A stretch of 64,000 bases of DNA, taken from the NCBI GenBank assembly GCA_963728205.1, contig CAVSIV010000006.1:1440001-1504000 (forward strand), in the 5' to 3' direction. The stretch is from an uncultured Chloroflexia bacterium. GTDB lineage: Bacteria > Chloroflexota > Dehalococcoidia > UBA2979. Positions 18,970 through 28,112 of this stretch are shown in pieces. The notes under the pieces are model-generated. The model made no database searches. It was not told the origin of the DNA and was given only the letters and a program-made list of their open reading frames with translations. Every line of letters begins with the position of its first letter. The stretch's first letter is position 1. A program made the position numbers and the translations under genes.

Positions 18970-19770
18970 ATGGACATCGCGACGCTCATCGGCCTGCTCG
19001 TCGCCGCCATCGGCGTCCTCGGCGGATTCACCGTCGAGGGCGGCGCGGTCACGATGCTGATCAACATCCCGGGCTTCATGATCGTCGTCATCGGCTCCCT
19101 CGGCGCCACCATCACCTCGTTCCCGCTCGGCCGCTTCCTCGGCATGCCGATGTCGTTCATCCGCGCCATCAAGGGCGGCGGCGGTGGCGACGCGAGCGCC
19201 ATGGCCGCGCACATCGTGGAGATGGCGGACAAGGCCCGCCGCGAGGGCCTGCTCGCCCTGGAGGAAGACTCGCAGTCCGTCGAGAACGAGTTCGCCAAGA
19301 AGGCGCTCATGCTCATGATCGACGGCACCGACCCCGAGGCCCTCAAGGCGATCATGGAGATCGAGATGGAGGGCGCGGCCACCCGCGAGTCGGAGGCCGC
19401 CGAGATCTTCAAGGTCGCGTCCGGCTACTCGCCGACCCTCGGCGTGCTCGGCGCCGTGATGGGCCTGATCCACGTGCTCTCGCAGCTGGGCGGCGACCCG
19501 GCCGAGCTCGGCAAGGGCATCGCCACCGCCTTCGTCGCCACCTTCTACGGCGTCGGCTTCGCCAACGTCGTGCTGCTGCCGATCTCGACCAAGCTCAAGG
19601 GCATCTCCGCCGAGGAGCAGGTGGTCCGCGAGATGATCCTCGAAGGCGTCCTCTCCATCCAGGCCGGCGACAACCCGCGCATCGTCAAGGAGAAGCTGCA
19701 GGGCTTCCTCAAGCCCGGCAACCGCCTCGCCGAGGAAGACGAAGGCGACGAGCGGCGGGCCGCGGCATGA
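18970..19770 (+). CDS. motA: Flagellar stator A subunit
   Basis: ARREGLLALE, PTLGVLGAVMGL, ATFYG, GDNPR. Confidence 0.96.
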   Translation: MDIATLIGLLVAAIGVLGGFTVEGGAVTMLINIPGFMIVVIGSLGATITSFPLGRFLGMPMSFIRAIKGGGGGDASAMAAHIVEMADKARREGLLALEEDSQSVENEFAKKALMLMIDGTDPEALKAIMEIEMEGAATRESEAAEIFKVASGYSPTLGVLGAVMGLIHVLSQLGGDPAELGKGIATAFVATFYGVGFANVVLLPISTKLKGISAEEQVVREMILEGVLSIQAGDNPRIVKEKLQGFLKPGNRLAEEDEGDERRAAA

Positions 19771-20630
19771 GTCGAAAGCGCGGCGGCGAGGATCACGGCA
19801 GCGAGGCGGACGAGCGCTGGGTCATCTCCTACGCCGACCTGGTGACGCTGCTCTTCGGCTTCTTCCTGCTGCTCTACGCGACCGCGGACGCGAACGTCGT
19901 GAAGTTCCAGGAGCTCTCCAAGGGCCTTGCCGAGGCGTTCCACGTGCCGGTCAAGTCGGCCGAAGCGGGCGGCGGCATCTTCTCCGGCGGCAACGGCATC
20001 GTGCCCGGCGGCAGCGTCGCGCTGCAGATGAACAACGACCTCCAGCAGATCCGCCAGCTCGTCGACCAGCAGGCCGCGGCGGCCGGCCTGAGCGGCCAGA
20101 TCCTCGTGAACCGGGAATCCGATCACATCGTGATCCGGATGGCCGACCAGCTCATCTTCGACTCCGCCAGCGCCGACCTGCGGCCGGACGCGCAGCCGCT
20201 CCTCGACATCGTCGCGAACGCGATCCGCGACCTGCCGAACCAGATCCGCGTCGAGGGCCACACGGACAACGTGCCGGTGGGCACGACGAAGTACCCGACG
20301 AACTGGGAGCTGTCGTCGGCGCGCGCGGTGGCCGTGCTCCGCTACCTGGTCGAGCACGCCGGCGTCCGCGCGTCGGACATCTTCGCCGCCGGCTACGGCG
20401 CCGAGCAGCCCATCGCCAGCAACCTCACGCCCGAGGGCCGCGCGCTGAACCGGCGCGCAGACATCGTGGTCCTCTATCCCGCCGCCACCATCCCGACGAC
20501 CGGCGCCACGCCGGGCGCGGCGACGACGCCCGTGAGCGTGGCGCCGGACCTCGGGAGCCCGGCGACGGACACGGCGCCGACGGCGACGTCCGGCGCGACG
20601 AGCCAGCAGCAGCAGGGGGCATCCCAATGA
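19767..20630 (+). CDS. motB: Flagellar stator B subunit
   Basis: WVISYADLVTLL TM, OmpA-like EGHTDN..NWELSSARA..NRR. Confidence 0.95.
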   Translation: MSRKRGGEDHGSEADERWVISYADLVTLLFGFFLLLYATADANVVKFQELSKGLAEAFHVPVKSAEAGGGIFSGGNGIVPGGSVALQMNNDLQQIRQLVDQQAAAAGLSGQILVNRESDHIVIRMADQLIFDSASADLRPDAQPLLDIVANAIRDLPNQIRVEGHTDNVPVGTTKYPTNWELSSARAVAVLRYLVEHAGVRASDIFAAGYGAEQPIASNLTPEGRALNRRADIVVLYPAATIPTTGATPGAATTPVSVAPDLGSPATDTAPTATSGATSQQQQGASQ

Positions 20631-21256
20631 TGAAGCAGCCAGCCGTCCTCGCGGCGGTCGGCGCCGTGGCCGGCGTCGTCGTCGCGCTCGCGCTGTTCAT
20701 GTTCGTCCTCGGCGGCGGCAAGCAGGCTGCGGCCGGCCCGATCGCGCAGCCGACCGTCGTCGCCGTCCCGGGGAAGATCGGCCCGCACATCACGCTGGCC
20801 GACCGCATCTTCAACCTGCAGAGCAAGACACCCGCCTACCTGAAGCTGCAGACCGTGGTCGAGTTCGAGACCACCGACGCGCGCTGGGCCGCGGCGCTGA
20901 CCGGCTGCGCCGGCGTGCTGCCGGCCGGCGCCGCCGAGGCGCTGTACGTCTCCGCCGACCCCGCGCTCGTCGGTGGCCGCACCGCGGCCGTCGGTCCGCG
21001 GAGCGGCAGCGCCGCATCGAGCCCGTGCGAGGTGCAGCAGCAGACGCTCGAGGACGAGTTCACCGCGCACATCGGCAACGGCGCGCAGCTGATGGAGGAC
21101 GCCGTCACGACAATCGTCACCGCGAAGACGCCCGACGAGATCTCGACCCCCGCCGGCAAGGAGGCGCTGAAGGCCGAGATCCAGGCCGCGGTCCAGAAGC
21201 TGCTCCCGGACGAGCACGTGAAGCGCGTGCTGTTCGTGGACTTCATCACCCAGTAG
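20627..21256 (+). CDS. fliL: Flagellar basal-body associated protein FliL
   Basis: N-terminal TM, FNL..YLKL, GKEALKAEI, LFVDFITQ. Confidence 0.88.
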   Translation: MMKQPAVLAAVGAVAGVVVALALFMFVLGGGKQAAAGPIAQPTVVAVPGKIGPHITLADRIFNLQSKTPAYLKLQTVVEFETTDARWAAALTGCAGVLPAGAAEALYVSADPALVGGRTAAVGPRSGSAASSPCEVQQQTLEDEFTAHIGNGAQLMEDAVTTIVTAKTPDEISTPAGKEALKAEIQAAVQKLLPDEHVKRVLFVDFITQ

Positions 21257-21296
21257 ACGCGCTGAGAACGCTCCCCGAGGGGACGGATGCGACGAG

Positions 21297-22463
21297 ATGG
21301 CTGAGAACCGGGCGCTGGCGCAGTGGGAGATCGACGCGCTGCTCGACCAGGTCCCGGCCGCCGAGACGGCGGCCGAGACCGCGTCGCGCGACGGCGGCGG
21401 CACTCCCGGCCGCAGCGACCGGCCGCAGCGCCGCGGCATCCGCTACTACGACTTCCGCCGGCCCGACAAGTTCTCGCGCGAGCAGTGGGCCACGCTCCAC
21501 TCCATGCACGAGACCTTCGCGCGCATCATCGGCGCGTCGTTCTCGTCGCGCCTGCGCACGCTCGTCACGGTGCGGCTCTCCAGCCTCGACCAGGGCCTCT
21601 ACGAGGAGTGGCAGGCGCAGGTCCCGAGCCCGACGACCTGCTACGTCCTCTCGCTCGCGCCGCTGTCCGGCAACGTCGTCGTCGAGTTCAACAGCGACGT
21701 CGCCAGCGAGGTCGTCGACCGCCTGCTCGGCGGCACCGGCCTGCTGATCGACCGCGCGCGCGACATGTCCGAGGTGGAGACGGCGCTGCTGCGCTCCTTC
21801 TCGAACGTGCTGCGGCAGACGCTCGAGGAGACGTGGAGCGCGGTCGTGCGCGTCGCGCCGGAGCTGCAGGATCTCGGCTTCGACGCCGGCCTGATCCAGG
21901 TGGCGGCGCCGACGGACGTCGTGCTCACGGCGTTCTTCGAGGTGAACATCGGCAACCACCTGGGCGCGATGTCGGTGTGCATCCCCTACACGGTCATTGA
22001 GCCGGTGGCCGCCGACCTTTCGACGCAGATCTGGTTCCAGTCGGGCCGGCACGGGCCGCCGAGCGTCGAGGAGCGCCAGCTCATGGAGGCGCTCCTCGGG
22101 CGAGCGGCGCTCGACATGCACGTCGTGCTCGGCGAAACCGATCTGCCGACGTCCACCATCATCGACATGGAGGAGGGCGACACGATCGTCCTCAACACGC
22201 GGCCCGGCAGGCCGCTCGACATCATGATCGGCGAGCACGCGCGCTACCGCGGGCTCCCCGGCATGGTGAGCAACCGGATGGCCATCGAGATCGTCGAGGC
22301 CGTCGAACCCAATCCCCTTCCCGCCGCGCCGCCCAGCTGGCAGCCGACCCCGGCCGCCGCGCGACGCCGTCGTGACAACCAGCGCGGCCGCGTCCCGCTC
22401 GCGGGCGGCGGCGACGCCCCCGCCGGCGCGGGCGACGACGCCGGTGCGAGCACGTCCGAGTAG
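21297..22463 (+). CDS. fliM: Flagellar motor switch protein FliM
   Basis: LAQWEIDALL, YDFRRPDKFS, DRLLGG, CIPY, SpoA C-terminus. Confidence 0.95.
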   Translation: MAENRALAQWEIDALLDQVPAAETAAETASRDGGGTPGRSDRPQRRGIRYYDFRRPDKFSREQWATLHSMHETFARIIGASFSSRLRTLVTVRLSSLDQGLYEEWQAQVPSPTTCYVLSLAPLSGNVVVEFNSDVASEVVDRLLGGTGLLIDRARDMSEVETALLRSFSNVLRQTLEETWSAVVRVAPELQDLGFDAGLIQVAAPTDVVLTAFFEVNIGNHLGAMSVCIPYTVIEPVAADLSTQIWFQSGRHGPPSVEERQLMEALLGRAALDMHVVLGETDLPTSTIIDMEEGDTIVLNTRPGRPLDIMIGEHARYRGLPGMVSNRMAIEIVEAVEPNPLPAAPPSWQPTPAAARRRRDNQRGRVPLAGGGDAPAGAGDDAGASTSE

Positions 22464-22472
22464 GAGCAGAAG

Positions 22473-24076
22473 ATGGCCGACGCGCAGACGCCCCCCGAGG
22501 ACGACCTCGACCCCACCGCGGGCGAGCCCGACGAGTCAGCGACCGGCGCGGAGGATGCCGCGCGCGCCGGCGGCGCGCCGGACGCCAACACGGACACGGA
22601 CACGGACGCCAACACGGACACGGACACGGACGCCAACACGGACACGGACGCCGACGCGGGTGCGGCGGGCGGCGCCGGCGAGCTCGACGAGCTGGGCGAC
22701 CTGGACGCGATCGCGAACCTCGACGCCTCGCCGGCGGCGGCGGCGCCCGCTCCGGCCGCAGCCGCGGAGGCCGCCGCCGCGACCGGCGACCCGTTCGACG
22801 GCGATCTCGACGACATCGACGCGGACGAGGCGGCCGTCGCGGCCGCCGCGCCGGCCGCCGCGCGCCCGCGCCCGCGCCCGCCGCCGTTCCCGCGACGCCG
22901 CAGGTCGCCCCCGAGGCGCTCGAGCCCGTGCTCGGCGCCGCTGCCGTCCCCGTCGCGCGATTCGGCGCGCGCGCCGCGGAGGTGCTGCAGGTCGGCGCCG
23001 AGAGCGTCGGCGGGCGCCGCGCGTCCGTGGTCGTGACGCGCGCGGAGGTTGCCGACTACGCCGTGCTCGAGGAGGAGTTCGCGGCGAGCCCGCACCTCGG
23101 GCTCGAGCTGAAGTTCGCGTTCTCCGACGTTGACGGCGTTGGGTTCGGGGCGGTGCTCCCGCTGAGCGACGTCGGACGCCTGCTCGCGATCGAGACGTCA
23201 CCCGGCAGGATGTCCGATCCGGCGTTCCGCGACGGCCAGCTCGAGACGATCTCCACCGCGGCCCGCGAGCTGCTCGACCTGATGAGCCTCGCGCTGTTCA
23301 CCGACGAGCTGTCGGGCGCGGAGACCACGCTCGTCGACCGCAGCTTCAACGATGCCGGCACCACGCTCGCGCACGTCGCCGACACGGGCGAGCGCACGAT
23401 TCCCGTCCGCGTCGATCTCCAGCTGTCGCTCGAAGGCGAGCGCGCGCCCGTCCGCTGCACGCTGGTGCTGCCGACGATGCTGCTGCACCGGCTGGCCGGC
23501 GTGCTGGCGCCGGGCGTCGCGCTGCCCGGCAACGTCGCCGAGAACGACCACTTCGGTGACCCGCTCGAGGAGCCGCCGCCGGAACCGATGCCGCTCCGCC
23601 GTCGCTCGGCGTCGGGCTCGCCCCGCGTCGACACGTACGACGCGCCGCCCGCCGCATCCGCCGCGCCGGACCGGGCCTTCGGCCTCGACTACGAGCCAGA
23701 CAACGTCTCCCCCATCCGCCAGGCCGCGTCCCGCGGCCGGGGCGGCGACGACGTGGAGGTCCACCCCGTGCGCTTCCCGAGCCTGACGGAGTCCGTGGGA
23801 GGAGAGCGCAACCAGCGCTCGCTGGATCTGATCATGGACGTGCAGATGCGCGTCTCCGTCGAGCTCGGGCGGAGCTCGATGTCGGTCGAGGACATCCTGG
23901 CGCTGGGGCCGGGCTCGGTGGTGGAGCTGAACAAGCTCGCCGGCGAGCCGGTCGACATCCTCGTGAACGACCACCTGATTGCGCGCGGCGAGGTGGTGGT
24001 GGTCGACGAGAACTTCGGCGTGCGCGTCACCGAGATCGTCTCGGCGAACCGCCGGGCCTATGCGATGGGGCGCTAG
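22473..24076 (+). CDS. fliN: Long FliY/FliN-type switch protein, frameshifted near 22860
   Basis: C-terminal LDLIMDV..VELGR..GSVVELNKLAGEPVDI..GEVVVVDENFGVRV; acidic N-terminal part starts at 22473 with RBS and joins by one-base shift. Confidence 0.85.
22581..22652 (+). repeat. 24-bp tandem repeat (about 3 copies) encoding DANTDTDT
   Basis: gacgccaacacggacacggacacg repeated. Confidence 0.85.
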
Positions 24077-24077
24077 C

Positions 24078-25014
24078 GTGAAGCGAACGCCGCGCTCGCT
24101 CATCCCGGGTGCGCTCCGCGCGGTTCCGCCGAGTGCGCTCCGCGCGGGTGCGGGGCTGGCGAGCGGCGCCGGCGCCGCGCTGGCGCTGCGCGCCACCGCG
24201 TTCGCGCAGGCGGGTGCGCTCACCGGCGGCCACTCGGCGGGCGACATCGCGTCCTACGGCCTGGGCGACTGGCTCGGGCTGGGGCTGCGGCTGGGCGTCG
24301 TGCTCGGCGTGATCTGGGGCGCGTTCGTCCTGATGCGCTGGTACATGCGGCGCATGAACGGCGAGCGGCCCGGCGGGACGCCGCGCCAGGCTGCAGATCG
24401 TCGAGACGCGCGCGCTCGGGCCCAACCGGGCGCTGCACCTGGTGCGCATCGGCGGGCACGCGGTGCTGATCGGCGTGACGGCCGACCGCATCAACCAGCT
24501 CCTGCAGATCGACGACCCGGAGGAGGTGGACCGGCTGGCGCAGCTGCCGCCGGCCGACGAGGGGCGGTCGTTCCGCTCGCTCGCCGGCATGCTCTCCGGC
24601 ACGATGCTGCGCTCGGCCGCGCCCCGCGGTGCCGCGCGCGCCGGCGGGGCGCGTTCCGCGCCGTCGCTCGGTGCGCTGCTTGGCGGCGCGGGTGGCAGGC
24701 TCGCCGGCCTTGGCTGGCGGCTCGCCGGCGTGCCGCGCCCCGCGCTGCGCCCGGCGGCGGGTGCTCCGGGCGCGCCGCCGCGCCCGCGTAGCCCGTACGC
24801 CGGGGGCGCCGCCGCGCCCAGGCCCGCCCCCGCGCCCGCGCGTACCGGCGACGACGGATGGCTTGACGCCACGCCGCCGGCCGCGGCCGCGCTGCGGGCA
24901 CGCTCGGGCTACCGCGGCAGCCAGATCAACGACCTCCAGCGCGCGATCGCCCAGGCGCGCGCGGGCGTCAACTTCGACCGCTTCGAGCCGCCCGTCGAGC
25001 GGCGCGCGCGATGA
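24078..25014 (+). CDS. fliO: Flagellar biosynthesis protein FliO/FliZ, frameshifted near 24390
   Basis: TM helix then LQIVETRALGPNRALHLVRIGGHAVLIGVT in the next frame; position between fliN and fliP. Confidence 0.82.
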
Positions 25015-25941
25015 CGCCGGTTACCGGGTCGCCCAGCGACGGCGCGCGGCAGGCTTCAGGCCTGCCGTGCCTCCCGCCCGGCGAGACGCACGGACGCCCG
25101 CGGCGCGCCGACCAGCCCACGGCAGGCCTGAAGCCTGCCGCGCGCCGGAGCACGTGCCGGAGGGCGGCTGCCGCGCGCCGGTGGCGGCGCACGTTCCTGC
25201 TCGCCGGCCTCGTCGTCGTGCTGCTGCTCGCCACCAGCTGCGTCGCTGCCGACGGCACCGTGACGACGCCGAACGTCGGCCTGGGCACGCAGGCCTCGAC
25301 GTCGCCGTCGGGCGCGGCCACCGGCGTGCAGCTGCTCGTGCTGCTCACCGTGCTCTCGCTGGCGCCGGCGCTGCTGATCATGGTGACGAGCTTCACCCGC
25401 ATCATCATCGTGCTCTCGCTCGTCCGGAATGCGATCGGCGTGCCGCAGCTGCCGCCCAACCAGGTGCTGCTCGGCATCGCCTTCCTGCTCACCATCTTCG
25501 TGATGGCGCCCGTCTGGACGACCGTGAACCACGACGCCCTGCAGCCATACCTCGCCGGCACGATGGACCAGTCGACCGCCCTCAAGCAGGCGGACGCGCC
25601 CGTGCGCAAGTTCATGCTCGCGCAGACCCGGGAGAAGGATCTCGAGCTGTTCGTCAGCATGTCGCAGGACACGAAGCCGGAGAGCGTCGACCAGGTGCCG
25701 ACCTACGTCGATCATCCCGGCCTTCATCCTCAGCGAGCTGAAGACCGCGTTCCAGATGGGATTCATCATCTTCGTGCCCTTCTTGATCATCGACATCGTC
25801 GTCTCTTCGGCGCTGCTGTCGATGGGCATGATGATGCTGCCACCCGTCGTCGTCTCACTGCCCTTCAAGATCCTGCTCTTCGTCCTCGTGGACGGATGGA
25901 GCCTGATTATCGGCTCGCTCGTCACGAGCTTCGTCCGCTAA
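25011..25941 (+). CDS. fliP: Flagellar export gate protein FliP, frameshifted near 25710
   Basis: [46 protein letters not shown]. Confidence 0.93.
25041..25146. repeat. REP-like family B inverted pair (CACGGCAGGCCTGAAGCCTGCCGCGCGCC)
   Basis: Reverse copy 25041-25069, forward copy 25118-25146, inside the 5' end of the fliP ORF. Confidence 0.8.
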
Positions 25942-25971
25942 CGCGCGCTTCCGGATAGGGGGAACCCCGCG

Positions 25972-26241
25972 ATGTCAGATGCCTCGGTGATCGCACTCGG
26001 ACAGCAGGCGCTGATGACGGCGCTGCTGATCTCGGCGCCGATTCTCGTGGTCAGCATGGTGATCGGGATGGTCGTCTCGATCTTCCAGGCGATGACGCAG
26101 ATCAACGAGGTCACGCTGACGTTCGTCCCCAAGATCATCGCCGTCTTCGCCGTCTCGGCGCTGCTCGGCCCCTGGATGATCGGGACGATGGTGAACTACA
26201 CCACGCGCCTCTTCGCCACGCTGCCGCAGATGGCGCGCTAG
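25972..26241 (+). CDS. fliQ: Flagellar export protein FliQ
   Basis: FQAMTQINEVTLTFVPK, GPWM. Confidence 0.96.
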   Translation: MSDASVIALGQQALMTALLISAPILVVSMVIGMVVSIFQAMTQINEVTLTFVPKIIAVFAVSALLGPWMIGTMVNYTTRLFATLPQMAR

Positions 26242-27021
26242 GTGATCGAGCAGCTGTTCTCGGTCTCGCCGGAGTGGTCGGCGAACTTCCTGCTGGTCCT
26301 CGCCCGGATCAGCGCGGCGGTGATCGTCATGCCGCTCTTCGGCGCGCGCGGCGTGCCGTCACAGACGAAGATCGGGCTCGCGCTGCTGCTCGCGCTGATC
26401 GTCGTGCCCCTGCAGACGCCCACCCTGCAGCCGGTCTCCACGAACCTCCTCGTGTTCGCCTCGCTGATCGGCTCCGAGGTCCTGATCGGCCTCACGATCG
26501 GCATCCTCGTGTCGCTCGTGTTCCAGGCGATGCAGATGGGCGCGTCGCTGGTCGGCGTGCAGATGGGCTTCGGTATCGGCGCCGTGATCGACCCGATGAC
26601 CGGCGGCCAGGTGGGCACGCTCGACCAGTTCTACCAGCTGATCGTGACGCTGGTGTTCTTCGCGGTGAACGGCCACCTGATCGTGATCCAGGGGCTGCTG
26701 CACAGCTTCGCGATCGTGCCGCCGGGCCACGCCGACATCAGCCTGATCGCCGGCGACCAGGTCGCGCCGTTCTTCGCCTCGATGTTCGTCGTCGCGATTC
26801 GCATCGCGCTGCCCGTGGTGGGCGCGCTGCTGCTGACCGACGTCGCGATGGCGCTGGTCGGGCGCACGGTGCCGCAGATGAACGTCCTGATCGTCGGGTT
26901 TCCCGTGAAGATCGGCGTCGGCCTGCTCGTGCTCGCAGCGGCGATGCCGCTGCTCACGGGGTTCATGGGCGCGGTGTTCGGCAGGGCACTGCTCGACGTC
27001 AACGGGTTCCTGGTGCCGTAG
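26242..27021 (+). CDS. fliR: Flagellar export protein FliR
   Basis: QMGFG..DP, NGHL, RTVPQMNVLIVGFPVK. Confidence 0.95.
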   Translation: MIEQLFSVSPEWSANFLLVLARISAAVIVMPLFGARGVPSQTKIGLALLLALIVVPLQTPTLQPVSTNLLVFASLIGSEVLIGLTIGILVSLVFQAMQMGASLVGVQMGFGIGAVIDPMTGGQVGTLDQFYQLIVTLVFFAVNGHLIVIQGLLHSFAIVPPGHADISLIAGDQVAPFFASMFVVAIRIALPVVGALLLTDVAMALVGRTVPQMNVLIVGFPVKIGVGLLVLAAAMPLLTGFMGAVFGRALLDVNGFLVP

Positions 27022-28095
27022 ATGGCAGCGCAGAAGACCGAACAGCCGACGAAGCGGCGCCTGGACGACGCGCGCAAGCGCGGGCAGGTCGCGCACAGCC
27101 GCGAGGTCGACAGCGCGATCGTGCTGCTCGCCGCGTTCGGCGTGCTGCGCTTCGGCGGCGCTGCGCTGTGGAACGGCATGCAGTCGCTGATCGTCGACTC
27201 CTTCTCGAACCTCAACCGCGACCCGCTGAACACGCCGCTCACCGCGCAGGTCGGCGGCGCGATGGTCGGGCGCGCCGTGCTGCTGCTGGCGCCGCTGCTC
27301 GGCGCGATCGTCGCGCTGTCGATCGCGACCGGCGTCGGACAGTCGGGGGGGCCGCTGTTCGCGACCGAGGCGCTCAAGCCGCAGCTCAGCCGCATCTCAC
27401 CGCTCGCCGGCGCGAAGCGCCTGTTCGCCAGCAAGCAGTCCTACGTCACGCTCGCGAAGTCCGTCGCGAAGTTCGTCGTGCTCGGCGGCGTGGCGTGGGT
27501 CGCGCTGCGGTCGCGCTGGGGCGACCTCACCGGGCTCGGCGTCGCGTACTCGCTGCCGCAGTCGATGGGGCTGCTCGTCGACATCGGCTTCCAGGTCGCG
27601 CTCGACGTCACGCTCGCGGTGCTCGCGCTCGCGGCCGCCGACTTCGTCTTCCAGCGCTTCGACTTCATCAGCCAGCTGCGCATGTCGCGGCAGGAGCTGA
27701 AGGACGAGATGAAGCAGACGGAAGGTGACCCGGCCGTGAAGGCGCAGATGGCGCGCATGCGGCGGTCGTTCCTGACGCGCGTGATGCAGTCGGTGCCGAA
27801 GGCCGACGTCGTGCTCGTGAACCCGACGCACTACGCCGTCGCGCTGAAGTACGACCCGACGTCGTCGGCCGCGCCGGTGGTGATCGCGAAGGGGACGGGG
27901 CTGATCGCGCAGCGCATCCGCGAGGTCGCGATGGAGCACCGCATCCCGGTGATCCAGAACCCGCCGCTGACGCGCGCCATCTACAAGGCCGTCGAGATCG
28001 GGCGCGAGATCACGCCCGACCTGTACGAGGCCGTCGCCGAGATCCTCGCCTTCGTCTACCGGCTGCGCACGGGCGCGGTCGCGGCGCGGGCGTGA
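27022..28095 (+). CDS. flhB: Flagellar export switch protein FlhB
   Basis: KTEQPT, EGDP, NPTH cleavage motif. Confidence 0.96.
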   Translation: MAAQKTEQPTKRRLDDARKRGQVAHSREVDSAIVLLAAFGVLRFGGAALWNGMQSLIVDSFSNLNRDPLNTPLTAQVGGAMVGRAVLLLAPLLGAIVALSIATGVGQSGGPLFATEALKPQLSRISPLAGAKRLFASKQSYVTLAKSVAKFVVLGGVAWVALRSRWGDLTGLGVAYSLPQSMGLLVDIGFQVALDVTLAVLALAAADFVFQRFDFISQLRMSRQELKDEMKQTEGDPAVKAQMARMRRSFLTRVMQSVPKADVVLVNPTHYAVALKYDPTSSAAPVVIAKGTGLIAQRIREVAMEHRIPVIQNPPLTRAIYKAVEIGREITPDLYEAVAEILAFVYRLRTGAVAARA

Positions 28096-28112
28096 GCGGG
28101 AGGGGCTGAAGC

